IMG/VR virus record: IMGVR_UViG_3300034072_000926
Span: 372,001 to 436,000 of that record
Direction: 5' to 3' (one strand)
DNA: 64,000 nt
Shown here: piece by piece, positions 17,577 to 26,549 of the stretch
Layout: each line of letters opens with the position of its first letter
How positions within the stretch are numbered: position 1 is the stretch's first letter
The notes under the pieces: generated by a model
What the model was told of the DNA's origin: nothing
The model's input: the letters and a program-made list of their open reading frames with translations, nothing else
Databases searched by the model: none
Translations under genes and position numbers: made by a program

Positions 17577-18017
17577 TTAACCTAATTCGACGATCAGTGC
17601 GAATCTTTCCCGTCCCTCAGGAAACTCAGCGAGAACCATAGGCGCCCACCAGTCCTCAGTATCGCTGAAGCTGTATTTCTGCGATGCCGAAGTATCGACG
17701 TCCTTGCTCTCAGGGTTCCGGAGACGCTCTTTGAGAACACGCTCGAGAAGTGTGTCCACATACCCGATCGCAAAGTCGTCGATCTTGTCGAGGTGCTCAA
17801 TGTCGAAGATGGCTGAATAGCTGCGACTGTGGAGAACATGCCCCCATCCATCGTCGTCATTGTCGCGAATCTCGAGACTTTCTGAGACGTCGAGGATTGG
17901 ATAGCAGCCGAACACTTCAAGGAACTTGGCCTTGATCGCTGCACCGATATTCTCCTCAATGTCCTCGAACATTGGCTTCTCGCCGAAGTGATGGCCGCCG
18001 TGTCGATCACGCCACAT
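17577..18017 (-). CDS. hypothetical acidic protein
   Basis: 146-aa ORF in operon. Confidence 0.7.
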   Translation of the reverse strand: MWRDRHGGHHFGEKPMFEDIEENIGAAIKAKFLEVFGCYPILDVSESLEIRDNDDDGWGHVLHSRSYSAIFDIEHLDKIDDFAIGYVDTLLERVLKERLRNPESKDVDTSASQKYSFSDTEDWWAPMVLAEFPEGRERFALIVELG

Positions 18018-18207
18018 CGAGTTTGCCCTTATACCAGGACCAGATTGCAGGGTCGATTTCGTTCATAGTTCCCATGAACTTGCGGACAGCCTGTTTGGCT
18101 TCGACTTCGGGAACCAGTCCGTCATTGCCCATTGCTGCTGCATAGGCACGACTGTAGACATCGGCGATCATCTTCTGCACTTCGATCTTCGTTTCAAAGG
18201 AACCCAT
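18007..18207 (-). CDS. hypothetical protein
   Basis: after cassette unit 18208-18263. Confidence 0.75.
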   Translation of the reverse strand: MGSFETKIEVQKMIADVYSRAYAAAMGNDGLVPEVEAKQAVRKFMGTMNEIDPAIWSWYKGKLDVA

Positions 18208-18284
18208 GTTCGATCTCCTGTTTCTGTTATCTACGGTTTAGCAGATATGGGAATGGAGTCAACCATTTAGGTGACTCCAAATCC

Positions 18285-18449
18285 TTAAACGATGATTTCG
18301 ACGATACCGGTGCAGACTTCGATCTCAACATCCTTGGCATTGCCGGTTTGGTCACTGTCGGTCCAGAGGACGCCCACGGGCTGGTCCAGCTGGTGCTCCG
18401 GGATGGAGTTCATCCTATCCCGGAGTTCACGGTTGGTGAGGTAGCTCAC
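18285..18449 (-). CDS. hypothetical protein
   Basis: GTGA overlap with upstream ORF. Confidence 0.55.
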   Translation of the reverse strand: MSYLTNRELRDRMNSIPEHQLDQPVGVLWTDSDQTGNAKDVEIEVCTGIVEIIV

Positions 18450-18634
18450 CGGTTCGAGATGTCGTCGACTGCGACATAGCTGGGGTTGCTGAGCATCGCC
18501 TGGCACTGGTATGCCTTGTGCCCGTCGGCGCGACATTCCCGATAGAGGGAATAGTTCCAGAGCGCGCTGGCGATCATCAGGAGCGGCACGATAATGAACA
18601 TGCCGCCGACGAAGATGAAAAGAAGCTTCCGCAT
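18446..18634 (-). CDS. small membrane protein
   Basis: N-terminal TM; GGGAGGG SD. Confidence 0.7.
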   Translation of the reverse strand: MRKLLFIFVGGMFIIVPLLMIASALWNYSLYRECRADGHKAYQCQAMLSNPSYVAVDDISNR

Positions 18635-18645
18635 TGTGCCCTCCC

Positions 18646-18975
18646 TTAGTGGCGAGTGTTGAGCTGACCGCGCGACATGGCGGAGTAATACTGAGAGGGC
18701 ATTGCCGACTTCAGCGTCGGAGCAAATGCAGCCTGGTAATTGTTGCCCATCAGCTCGTAACCCTTGATCAGCTTCTCACGGAGCAGATCATGCGGCATGC
18801 CGTTGATTTCGGTCTTGAAGCTGAGCTTGCCGTTCCGACGACCCCAGAAGCGAACCATCGTATTGCCGACCTTCGCAATGCCCCAGACCTTATCATTCTG
18901 GGCTGCGCCGCCGCGGCGACCACGGGCACCTGCTTCATAGTAGTGGGCTGCTGCGAGAATCTCTACCTGTGCCAT
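18646..18975 (-). CDS. WGR-domain-like protein
   Basis: DKVWGI...VRFWGRR...KLIKGY. Confidence 0.65.
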   Translation of the reverse strand: MAQVEILAAAHYYEAGARGRRGGAAQNDKVWGIAKVGNTMVRFWGRRNGKLSFKTEINGMPHDLLREKLIKGYELMGNNYQAAFAPTLKSAMPSQYYSAMSRGQLNTRH

Positions 18976-19053
18976 GTTCGATCTCCTGTATGTTGTTCCG
19001 ATAAAACAATCATAGCAGAAATAGGCGAAGCGTCAACCGCTTTTTCACCTATT
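18976..19053 (-). promoter_or_regulatory. repeated early promoter/RBS unit with dyad around -35
   Basis: near-identical to the 3585-3628 segment. Confidence 0.85.
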
Positions 19054-19425
19054 TTACCTGAAATTTGCCCGGATATTTGCGATCAGCTTGTCTGCTTCAG
19101 TTGTCGCTTTCGGGAGCGGAGTGCTAACAGTCGGCTTCTCGCTTTCTGTCATGTCTACAACGTGATAGGAGCGATCATACGCCTTAGCGGCTTTAATAGC
19201 CGCTTTGAGGGTCGGCCAATAGCCGCGCTGCTGCGAGTGCCACCAGCGATTCACCACAACTTCGCGCGGGCCGGTGAACGACATTCCCTTGTGACAGGAA
19301 ACAACATCAAACTTGCCCTCAGCAAGCATCTGGATCTCCGTCCAGTAAGTCTCAAATCCGGAGATCTTATCAACTACAAGGCGCTTGTAATCGTTGCGCG
19401 AAAGAGGCTTATTGTGGTTGCGCAT
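19054..19425 (-). CDS. hypothetical protein
   Basis: after cassette unit 19426-19485. Confidence 0.8.
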   Translation of the reverse strand: MRNHNKPLSRNDYKRLVVDKISGFETYWTEIQMLAEGKFDVVSCHKGMSFTGPREVVVNRWWHSQQRGYWPTLKAAIKAAKAYDRSYHVVDMTESEKPTVSTPLPKATTEADKLIANIRANFR

Positions 19426-19492
19426 ATTCCGATCTCCGTGTTGTTCCGATAAACAGACACTAGCAGGAAATAGGAACCATGCAACCAGTTTT

Positions 19493-19909
19493 TCACCTGT
19501 TTTCGAGTCTGTTTAGAATTGCATCCCAATCACATTCGGGATCGAATCCGGCCTTGTCGTCGAGGAGGATGCTGAAGTAGAACTTGCTCTCGAAATTACC
19601 TGACGCGGTATTTTCGATTTCTGGATTCTCGTTGAAATAATCGACCTTGATCCCATGATGGGCGAGGAAGTCGATGATGGCCTTGTATTCCTCCGGGTGA
19701 CACGACGACCAGAGGATCAGTCGATAATCCGAGTCCTCAGAGATATAACGAAGCGTAGTGATTGCGCTCGGATGGGTGAACGTATAGCCGCCCTGTTCAT
19801 AGTTGGAGCGGAACACCACCCCATGCAGATCGACCGCCCAATAGATTATTGGTTCATTGCGCTCTTCTGCATTACGGAGTGCTCGCTCGATGCCCTTCAG
19901 AATGCTCAC
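19493..19909 (-). CDS. HAD-superfamily phosphatase-like protein
   Basis: WAVDLHGVV, LILWSS, LLDDKAG. Confidence 0.75.
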   Translation of the reverse strand: MSILKGIERALRNAEERNEPIIYWAVDLHGVVFRSNYEQGGYTFTHPSAITTLRYISEDSDYRLILWSSCHPEEYKAIIDFLAHHGIKVDYFNENPEIENTASGNFESKFYFSILLDDKAGFDPECDWDAILNRLENR

Positions 19910-19917
19910 GTGACCCC

Positions 19918-20238
19918 TCAGAAAGCCTTGATTGCGGATTCGGCAGTGGGATGGGCCTTATAGAAGGCTGCATATTCTGCCGGTTGATTGTCATGTCCCT
20001 TGCGGGAAAAGTCGGTGATGCCGAACCGCTTCATGACCTCTTCGACCTTCCGAAGCTTCTCATCCTCGGCAACTTCGTAGGCCTTGAATTCTTCCTCGGT
20101 CGCGAGGGAGTAGATGCCGTTGCCGATTGGGGCCTTCCAAGCACCGACCCAGACTTCGCCGTTTTCCTCGATGGCAACCTGGACGCGGTAATAGTTTTCG
20201 ACCTTGTTGTCGGTCTTCAAATACACCATGCGTTCCAT
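19918..20238 (-). CDS. hypothetical protein
   Basis: after cassette unit 20239-20295. Confidence 0.8.
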   Translation of the reverse strand: MERMVYLKTDNKVENYYRVQVAIEENGEVWVGAWKAPIGNGIYSLATEEEFKAYEVAEDEKLRKVEEVMKRFGITDFSRKGHDNQPAEYAAFYKAHPTAESAIKAF

Positions 20239-20290
20239 GTTCGATCTCCCTTGTTCCGATAAAACGACCATAGCAGAAACAGGTGAGCAG

Positions 20291-20560
20291 TCAACCTGTT
20301 TGTAGGGCGAGGAATCGTTTTCTGGCTTCCTTCATCAGGCCGGCCATGAATGGCGAACTCTTACCCAACAATTCGTCATAGGCTGCATCATCGAAGGGTT
20401 CCCAACCCTCAGGAATATCGTAGGGCTTCCCGCCGAGCGCCAAATCGAAACGTCGAAGGTCTGCCTGAGTCTTGGTCTTGACCTGCTCGCCATTGTTCTC
20501 ATTGACGATGGTAAGCAGAGACCAAAACTCAAGGTCGGACATTTCGTGGAACTTAGGCAA
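20291..20560 (-). CDS. hypothetical protein
   Basis: coupled ORF. Confidence 0.65.
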   Translation of the reverse strand: MPKFHEMSDLEFWSLLTIVNENNGEQVKTKTQADLRRFDLALGGKPYDIPEGWEPFDDAAYDELLGKSSPFMAGLMKEARKRFLALQTG

Positions 20561-20831
20561 AGGTCAACCCCTTGCTAAATGCCGATCCGTAGAAATCGGT
20601 AGCAATGTAGCGCTCGAGGAAGGTCTGGATCTCAAAGTCCTGATTGACCATCGAGTTATGTGCATCTTCGCACGACTTGGGCGGTTTCAGGCCAACCCAA
20701 CGACCGCCTTTCACTGCCTTGTAGCGGCAACCATTGGTTACCTGATTGGTCCAGATTTTCTTGCGGAAGTTCCAGACCAAGTGACCACCGACGAAATCGG
20801 GGTTCGGCTTTACAATAATATAATTATCCAC
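20553..20831 (-). CDS. hypothetical protein
   Basis: GTG after AGGAGATCGAAC (unit 20832-20886). Confidence 0.75.
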   Translation of the reverse strand: MDNYIIVKPNPDFVGGHLVWNFRKKIWTNQVTNGCRYKAVKGGRWVGLKPPKSCEDAHNSMVNQDFEIQTFLERYIATDFYGSAFSKGLTFA

Positions 20832-20892
20832 GTTCGATCTCCTGTTGTGTTGTGTCCACAATAACAGAATAGGTGAGTTAGTCAACCGCTTT

Positions 20893-21096
20893 TTAGCGGG
20901 AAAACCCTTCCTTGATCGACTTGATCTTGATCCCTTTGCAGAGGCGACGAATTTCGGTCGGGGTGGTGTTACGCGCCTGCACAAAGTTCTGGCGGGCTTC
21001 GAAAACTTCGATACCTGCATCCTTGAGCGCACCCGAGACTGCGGCACGATCACCTGCATCCCAATTGTTGAGAATGATTTCTAGGCTACGCTTCAT
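20893..21096 (-). CDS. hypothetical protein
   Basis: after cassette unit 21097-21152. Confidence 0.75.
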   Translation of the reverse strand: MKRSLEIILNNWDAGDRAAVSGALKDAGIEVFEARQNFVQARNTTPTEIRRLCKGIKIKSIKEGFSR

Positions 21097-21139
21097 TGTC
21101 GATCTCCTCTTGTTCACCTGTCCATAATAACAGGACTGG

Positions 21140-21412
21140 TTGACATGTCAACCAGTTTCTTTACTCAATATTGCTTTCGAGCAAAGTGAGAAAGCCAAGA
21201 TTCGTGAGCAACAAAAGCGAGAAAACGGCTGGAAAATGTCGGAAGATGCTAAAAAACGTTCGCTCGAAACACGTATGGCTAGAATAGCTACAGGCGAGAT
21301 AAAAGCCTATTCCGAAAGTGCTTTAAGGAAGTTAGTCGAAAGTAGAAAAGGTTCCAAACGAGTTTATAGACCCGATGGAACCTTTTATTATTCGAAGGAT
21401 ACTGGAGTCTAA
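21140..21412 (+). pseudogene. homing-endonuclease C-terminal (NUMOD3-like) remnant
   Basis: KMSEDAKKR, YSESALRKL..SRKG repeats; no nuclease domain, no SD, opposite strand, AT-richer. Confidence 0.5.
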
Positions 21413-21753
21413 GAGCACCAGTAGCTTTCCGAGGCCACCGAGCAAGCGAAGGGCGTTCCTTCAGCTTCCTGAGTATAGCCGCCGAACCGAGCATTGCGGA
21501 CCCACTTGTAACCTTCCCGAGCCGGCGGAAGATCTTCGAACTTGGTGCCCTCCGGCATGTTCATCGGGCTGACCTTGCGGTCAATGTCGATGCAGGAAAT
21601 GTTGTAGAACTTGCCCTCAGCATACTTCTCCCAACGCTGGAAGGTCTTCACGTTCGTGAACTCCCGAGTGCGCTCGATCATGCGCGACGGCGTCGAATAG
21701 TGGGCGGTGATCTTTTCGACGGTTTCGGGATTTTCGATCTTCGTCAGTTCCAT
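21409..21753 (-). CDS. hypothetical phage protein
   Basis: C-terminal TPFACSVASESYW; cassette unit 21754-21813. Confidence 0.8.
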   Translation of the reverse strand: MELTKIENPETVEKITAHYSTPSRMIERTREFTNVKTFQRWEKYAEGKFYNISCIDIDRKVSPMNMPEGTKFEDLPPAREGYKWVRNARFGGYTQEAEGTPFACSVASESYWCS

Positions 21754-21834
21754 GTTCGATCTCCTGTTTGCTTCTGTTGTCCTCACAATAGCAGAAAGAG
21801 GTGAAGCGTCAACAGGAGATTTCACCTATTATGA

Positions 21835-22134
21835 CTAAGCGGCCTCTTTTTCGATCCACTCCTCTTTGAGGATCAGAACCGGCTCACCTTGCCGGCCGCC
21901 ATCGAGCATCCGGCAAAAGCCGAAGTTGCCCATCCAGTGCCATCCGCGACCACATTCGGTGCAATGGCTCTGCTCGACCGAATCACAGGACCAGATGTCC
22001 GGTCCGATGCACCCGCAGGGAAGCTGCCAGGTCGTCGGAATGCGCTTCCATTCAGTCTCGGTAGTTGTGGTCAATGTGATGACCATCCGCTCCTGAGTGA
22101 CGTTCGACGGGAATAGTTCGTAACCCTTCTTCAT
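21835..22134 (-). CDS. hypothetical Cys-rich protein
   Basis: CGC, CTECG; ATGA overlap. Confidence 0.65.
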   Translation of the reverse strand: MKKGYELFPSNVTQERMVITLTTTTETEWKRIPTTWQLPCGCIGPDIWSCDSVEQSHCTECGRGWHWMGNFGFCRMLDGGRQGEPVLILKEEWIEKEAA

Positions 22135-22502
22135 GCCTTCTCCTCCTCCTGTCTCACATATTCCTTCCAGGGATCCTCGAACATTGCCGCCGGGCAAATG
22201 TCATCCTCCCCGTATTTGCAACTGAAGCGACTGCCTTCGTGACCTAACGGAGGATCGTCATCGAGCCCGTAACAATGGCGCATGTGGACACCATAATGAT
22301 CATCGCCGCGCTTAAGACGTTTGTCTGCTGTCAGTCGAGCATCGGCTGCACGAACTGCATCCCTGAGCTCCATCTGAATATTGACCATTGCAGTCTTGAT
22401 CCGAATCGCTGCATCACGCTGTTCGCGCAAAGCATCAACACCCTCACCGATCGTAATGGCACCCGTAGCCACCTGCAGATCACGGAGAAGATCGCTGCAC
22501 AT
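22131..22502 (-). CDS. hypothetical protein
   Basis: TAATG coupling; HC...CKYGEDDICP. Confidence 0.7.
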   Translation of the reverse strand: MCSDLLRDLQVATGAITIGEGVDALREQRDAAIRIKTAMVNIQMELRDAVRAADARLTADKRLKRGDDHYGVHMRHCYGLDDDPPLGHEGSRFSCKYGEDDICPAAMFEDPWKEYVRQEEEKA

Positions 22503-23053
22503 TAGCGGGACCCTCCATCCTGATATGCCTTGTAGCGGCGCTCGAATTCGTCCATATCGTCGCGATGGATGCGAATGCTGTGGTAATCGCCTGTATCGAG
22601 ATCGCGGATCTGACCGCTGTATCCACGCCCGTTGTTGAAGCGCAAGCCCTCGCCGAGATTGGGATAACCCTCGAGCCGTCCGTCGATATAGCGAGAGCCG
22701 TATTGGCATTGCTGACGGAGACGTGTCCGACAAAAGTCGCCGAAGCTGCTGAACCCACCGTCATTGTAGAGGGGATGGACGATGTTGCAGAGGATGGCCA
22801 TACCTTCCTCGCTTTCATTGGTGTCGATGGTTTCGCCGGTCGCTTCGACAATCTTCGCCTCAACGAGGATTGGAACGAATTCTGCGAGAATCCAGGACTG
22901 ATTGAAGCCTGGCTTGGGATCACGTGCCGAGACATACGCTTCGATCTCGCCCTCGCCATGTTTGCGGGTCGATTCGAAGACGATGGAGTTGTTGAATTCG
23001 CTGAGGACGACCGAGACTGGATCGCCATTGTAAATGACTTGAACGGTTTTCAT
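22502..23053 (-). CDS. hypothetical protein
   Basis: after cassette unit 23054-23108. Confidence 0.8.
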   Translation of the reverse strand: MKTVQVIYNGDPVSVVLSEFNNSIVFESTRKHGEGEIEAYVSARDPKPGFNQSWILAEFVPILVEAKIVEATGETIDTNESEEGMAILCNIVHPLYNDGGFSSFGDFCRTRLRQQCQYGSRYIDGRLEGYPNLGEGLRFNNGRGYSGQIRDLDTGDYHSIRIHRDDMDEFERRYKAYQDGGSR

Positions 23054-23108
23054 GTTCGATCTCCTGTTGTTATGTGCCTATGATAGCAGAACAGGAGACC
23101 GTGTCAAC

Positions 23109-23471
23109 CTATTTCTCGAACACGATATTGATTGCTTTGTTGTAACTGGTTTGGAAGTCGAAGTTGTCCGGATCAGCCAGCTTGTCTGCTTCGACCAACT
23201 TCATAACCGCCTTCTTTGTTGCTTCTATCGAGAAACGCCAGTCGAGCGTCTTGATCACACGCTTGGGAAAACGATCAGAGAACTCGATGACGCGCATCTG
23301 TTTGCCATCATGCTTGAGGTGGAGTTCATGGTAGCGATCGTTGAAGGGAACGCGGAGACGATATTCCTTCTGATCCTCAATGGTTTCAAGGATCTCGACC
23401 TTCGGAATACCCGACTGGAAGAGACCATTCCAGGTATCGTAGGGAAGCTTGAGGAGTTCAGGGTTGTTCAC
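23109..23471 (-). CDS. hypothetical protein
   Basis: GTGA overlap. Confidence 0.7.
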   Translation of the reverse strand: MNNPELLKLPYDTWNGLFQSGIPKVEILETIEDQKEYRLRVPFNDRYHELHLKHDGKQMRVIEFSDRFPKRVIKTLDWRFSIEATKKAVMKLVEADKLADPDNFDFQTSYNKAINIVFEK

Positions 23472-23752
23472 GAATCTTCTCCAGCTGCATCAAAGCCCTG
23501 ACGGAATGCCCCAAAGCGCCCCTTCCATTCGTCCCGCATTGGAACGCCGTCCATATGAAACTGGACGCCCGCATCATAGCCTTCGCGGTATTCATCCTGC
23601 TCACGTTCCCAGCCCTTGATATCATCCTCCAGGGCATCAATGTCACTCTGGTAGTTGTTGATATCCTCTTCCGAGAGGTCACCGACCATGATCGCGAATT
23701 GCTTCTCTTCGATCTCCTCGCGGGCTTGTGCGATGGATTGATAATGGATCAC
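23468..23752 (-). CDS. hypothetical protein
   Basis: YREGYDAG...FRQGF motif. Confidence 0.7.
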   Translation of the reverse strand: MIHYQSIAQAREEIEEKQFAIMVGDLSEEDINNYQSDIDALEDDIKGWEREQDEYREGYDAGVQFHMDGVPMRDEWKGRFGAFRQGFDAAGEDS

Positions 23753-23985
23753 AGTTCGTCCTTCCGCTCGTAAAGCCAGCCCATAATGAGCTCAATATCG
23801 ATTGCACGAAATGCTTCCATTTCCAAGCAATTCTTGAGGTAGGAGAGGAAGCGAACTTCGTCATCCATGATCTGCGGCATACGCTTCAGCGCCCAGAGGA
23901 TGCTGTTAGCCTTCCATTCCTTCAGGAAACCTATGCCGAAAGAATTGGAATAGTTCTTGAAGTCCTGAACCAACTGGCCGTCCAT
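23749..23985 (-). CDS. hypothetical protein
   Basis: GGAGG SD. Confidence 0.7.
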   Translation of the reverse strand: MDGQLVQDFKNYSNSFGIGFLKEWKANSILWALKRMPQIMDDEVRFLSYLKNCLEMEAFRAIDIELIMGWLYERKDEL

Positions 23986-23986
23986 A

Positions 23987-24193
23987 TTAACCTCCCTGGC
24001 TCATCATTCGGATGTAAGCAGGATCGAACTGCTCGACCGGTTCAGTCCGAACGGGACGGACACTTGCGATGGTCGCCCAGCTGTTCGAGACCCGACGGAC
24101 TTCGGTCACGGGATCCTGATCATCGGCAATGGTGATCCGGCTCAGACCACTTGCGTCTGCGTATCCCTTCGGCCAATATTCAACGATCTGCAT
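23987..24193 (-). CDS. hypothetical protein
   Basis: after cassette unit 24194-24247. Confidence 0.75.
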   Translation of the reverse strand: MQIVEYWPKGYADASGLSRITIADDQDPVTEVRRVSNSWATIASVRPVRTEPVEQFDPAYIRMMSQGG

Positions 24194-24243
24194 GTTCGAT
24201 CTCCTGCTATTGTGTCTCCACTTTAGCAGAATAGGTGAGCTTG

Positions 24244-24645
24244 TCAAGCCTGTTTGTGATATTTCATCCAGGTTTTACGCTGTTGCGCTGACATACTCGT
24301 GATGCGACTTTCTGGGACATTTATGAGCTTCTCACGATCAAGGCTCTTCAGGATCACGTATTTCTCACCATCCCATTTACCAAGCGCCCATTTGCGATTG
24401 TTCTGCACTGGCACATTGGTCAGGCAATGAATTTTGCCGTGACTGGAAAAGTTCCAGTGGTCGCTAATCCTGAGACTACCGAGAGGGGTAGTATCCCAAT
24501 CCTTTTCACCGGCGTTGAGATTGTAATAGGAATGGCTGTAGGGAGACTTGCACTTCTTATCCCACGACATGATCTCCGCAACCAATTCAGCTGGCATATG
24601 CCAGGGAATGTTGTTCTCATGCACGACTTGTTTGGGATTGCTCAA
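24244..24645 (-). CDS. hypothetical phage protein
   Basis: KSPYS.SYY...LRISDHWNF motif; TTG start after CAGGAGA; promoter 24646-24698. Confidence 0.75.
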   Translation of the reverse strand: MSNPKQVVHENNIPWHMPAELVAEIMSWDKKCKSPYSHSYYNLNAGEKDWDTTPLGSLRISDHWNFSSHGKIHCLTNVPVQNNRKWALGKWDGEKYVILKSLDREKLINVPESRITSMSAQQRKTWMKYHKQA

Positions 24646-24837
24646 CTGTAGTCTCCTGTAATTTCACCTATTTTAGCAAGACAGGTGAGCTTGTCAACCA
24701 CATAAAGGCGAAGCCGGAAAGTTTCCCTTCCGGCTCCCATCCAACGTCGGGCAGATATATCGTTTCACCGTCGCCTTATCCCAGTAGCTTCATCTTACAA
24801 GCCATTGGTCTGGAATACCTATCTGTTATGACCAGTC

Positions 24838-25020
24838 TTATTTGCTGTCAAGCAATTTCTTATTTTCTACTCGGATAAAAACATCTCGTTCTTTCTGAGC
24901 CTTTCGACGATTCGCCTGGTATTGTTGTTCATCCTTCGAATATTTTACGGGAAAGCCCTTGATAAGATCAGGACTCTGTGCCCAATATGAACCACGATCA
25001 TAACCGCCACGAACCCACAT
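24838..25020 (-). CDS. hypothetical protein
   Basis: after cassette unit 25021-25075. Confidence 0.7.
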   Translation of the reverse strand: MWVRGGYDRGSYWAQSPDLIKGFPVKYSKDEQQYQANRRKAQKERDVFIRVENKKLLDSK

Positions 25021-25080
25021 AATCGATCTCCTGTTGTTACATCTCTACCATATAGAAAACAGGTGAGATATCAACCCTCA

Positions 25081-26286
25081 TTAAAAGGAAAATGCACAAC
25101 CCAACTGCTCGAGGACTTCTTCGGCTTCATCGAAGTCCATGTCGAACTCGTCGACCAGAAGGAACAACGTGGGTTGCTTGCCCTGCAATTGTGCGCGGAT
25201 CTTGTCCAGCTTGGTCGTCGGAGCAGCTACCTTAGGGGCCGGGGCAACCAAGCTCTTACGGGCTTCTACGATGCGCTGGACAGCTTCATCGCTAACAAAG
25301 GCACCGTGGACGCGCCGCAGGTTGCTGCCCTCCATGAGCAGCATGTCACCCTTGCCTAGGAGGTTCTCTGCACCTTCTTCGCCGATAATCGTCCGGCTGT
25401 CGAAATTGCTTGCAACTCGGAAGCTAATCCGAGTGGGGAGGTTCGCCTTGAGAACACCCGTCACAACGTCCACAGACGGCCGCTGAGTAGCCATAATAAG
25501 ATGGATGCCCGCTGCTCGCGCTTTCTGTGCAATGCGCTGCACAAGCCCTTCAAGGGCTTTGCCGGCCATCGAGATCAGATCAGCAAATTCATCAATGACC
25601 ACAACAATGTAGGGCAGCTTGTTGGCGTGCTTTTCATTGTAGTTCGCAATGTTGCGAACCTTTGCATCGCTGAGCAGTCGGTAACGATCCTCCATGGTCT
25701 GGACAATCTCACCCAGTGCCTCAATGGCTTCCTTGGGATCGGTAATCGTCGGGCGCAGCAAATGCGGGATGCCATCATATATGGACAGTTCCAGCATCTT
25801 CGGATCGATAAAGAGGAACTTGCATTCCTCTGCCGAAAACTTGGAAAGCAGGCTGAGGATCATGCTGTTCACGCCCACGCTCTTGCCCGATCCGGTGGTG
25901 CCCGCGACGAGCAAGTGGGGCATGGTAGCGAGGTCGCTCACGACGGCCTCCCCAGTGATTGCACGACCGAGGATGATGGGCAATGCCGCGTTGCTCTTCT
26001 GGAACTCCGGGGCAACCAAGAGGTCATCGAAGGAGATCATCTGGCGGTTCTCATTGGGAACCTCGACCGACATTGTGTTGCTTCCCTGCGTGGGAAGGAT
26101 ACGAATGCCCTGCACGCCAATGCAGCGCGCAATATCGTTGGTCAGACCGATGACCTTATTGGAACGGACACCGCGCTCCAATTCGATTTCGTAGGTGGAA
26201 ACCAGCGGGCCGCTCTTGACCGAAACGACTTCGACTTTGAAGCCGAAATCTTCGAAAGCTTGTTCCAGTGCAACGGTGCGGTTCAT
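25081..26286 (-). CDS. ftsK: FtsK/SpoIIIE DNA translocase motor domain only
   Basis: PHLLVAGTTGSGKS, IDPKMLEL, VVVIDEFADL, RAAGIHLIMATQRPSVDV, GAENLLGKGDML; no N-terminal TM. Confidence 0.9.
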   Translation of the reverse strand: MNRTVALEQAFEDFGFKVEVVSVKSGPLVSTYEIELERGVRSNKVIGLTNDIARCIGVQGIRILPTQGSNTMSVEVPNENRQMISFDDLLVAPEFQKSNAALPIILGRAITGEAVVSDLATMPHLLVAGTTGSGKSVGVNSMILSLLSKFSAEECKFLFIDPKMLELSIYDGIPHLLRPTITDPKEAIEALGEIVQTMEDRYRLLSDAKVRNIANYNEKHANKLPYIVVVIDEFADLISMAGKALEGLVQRIAQKARAAGIHLIMATQRPSVDVVTGVLKANLPTRISFRVASNFDSRTIIGEEGAENLLGKGDMLLMEGSNLRRVHGAFVSDEAVQRIVEARKSLVAPAPKVAAPTTKLDKIRAQLQGKQPTLFLLVDEFDMDFDEAEEVLEQLGCAFSF

Positions 26287-26340
26287 CTTCGATCTCCTGT
26301 TTGTTGTCCTCGTTTTAGCAGGAAACAGGTGAACGTCAAC
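26287..26340 (-). promoter_or_regulatory. repeated early promoter/RBS unit
   Basis: TTGACGTTCACCTGTTTCCTGCTAAAAC...AACAGGAGATCGAAG. Confidence 0.85.
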
Positions 26341-26343
26341 CGA

Positions 26344-26493
26344 TTATTTGTTGGGATTCTCGATCACGCAGATCTTGTCGCCGTTCATCACGCAACCAAT
26401 CTCTTTGAATTCCTGGGAGACCGCATTGCCGACAAAGGACACGATAGTCATGATTGCCAGCGCGATGCCGACCCACATAAGACCCTTTTCCAT
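26344..26493 (-). CDS. Flp/Fap pilin-like peptide (49 aa, not in ORF track)
   Basis: MEKGLMWVGIALAIMTIVSFVGNAVSQEFKEIG; AAGGAGG SD; TTGACA promoter. Confidence 0.65.
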   Translation of the reverse strand: MEKGLMWVGIALAIMTIVSFVGNAVSQEFKEIGCVMNGDKICVIENPNK

Positions 26494-26549
26494 CGTGTCC
26501 TCCTTTCCTTGACTCTTGCGAGCTTAACACAGGAACGACACTTGTCAAG

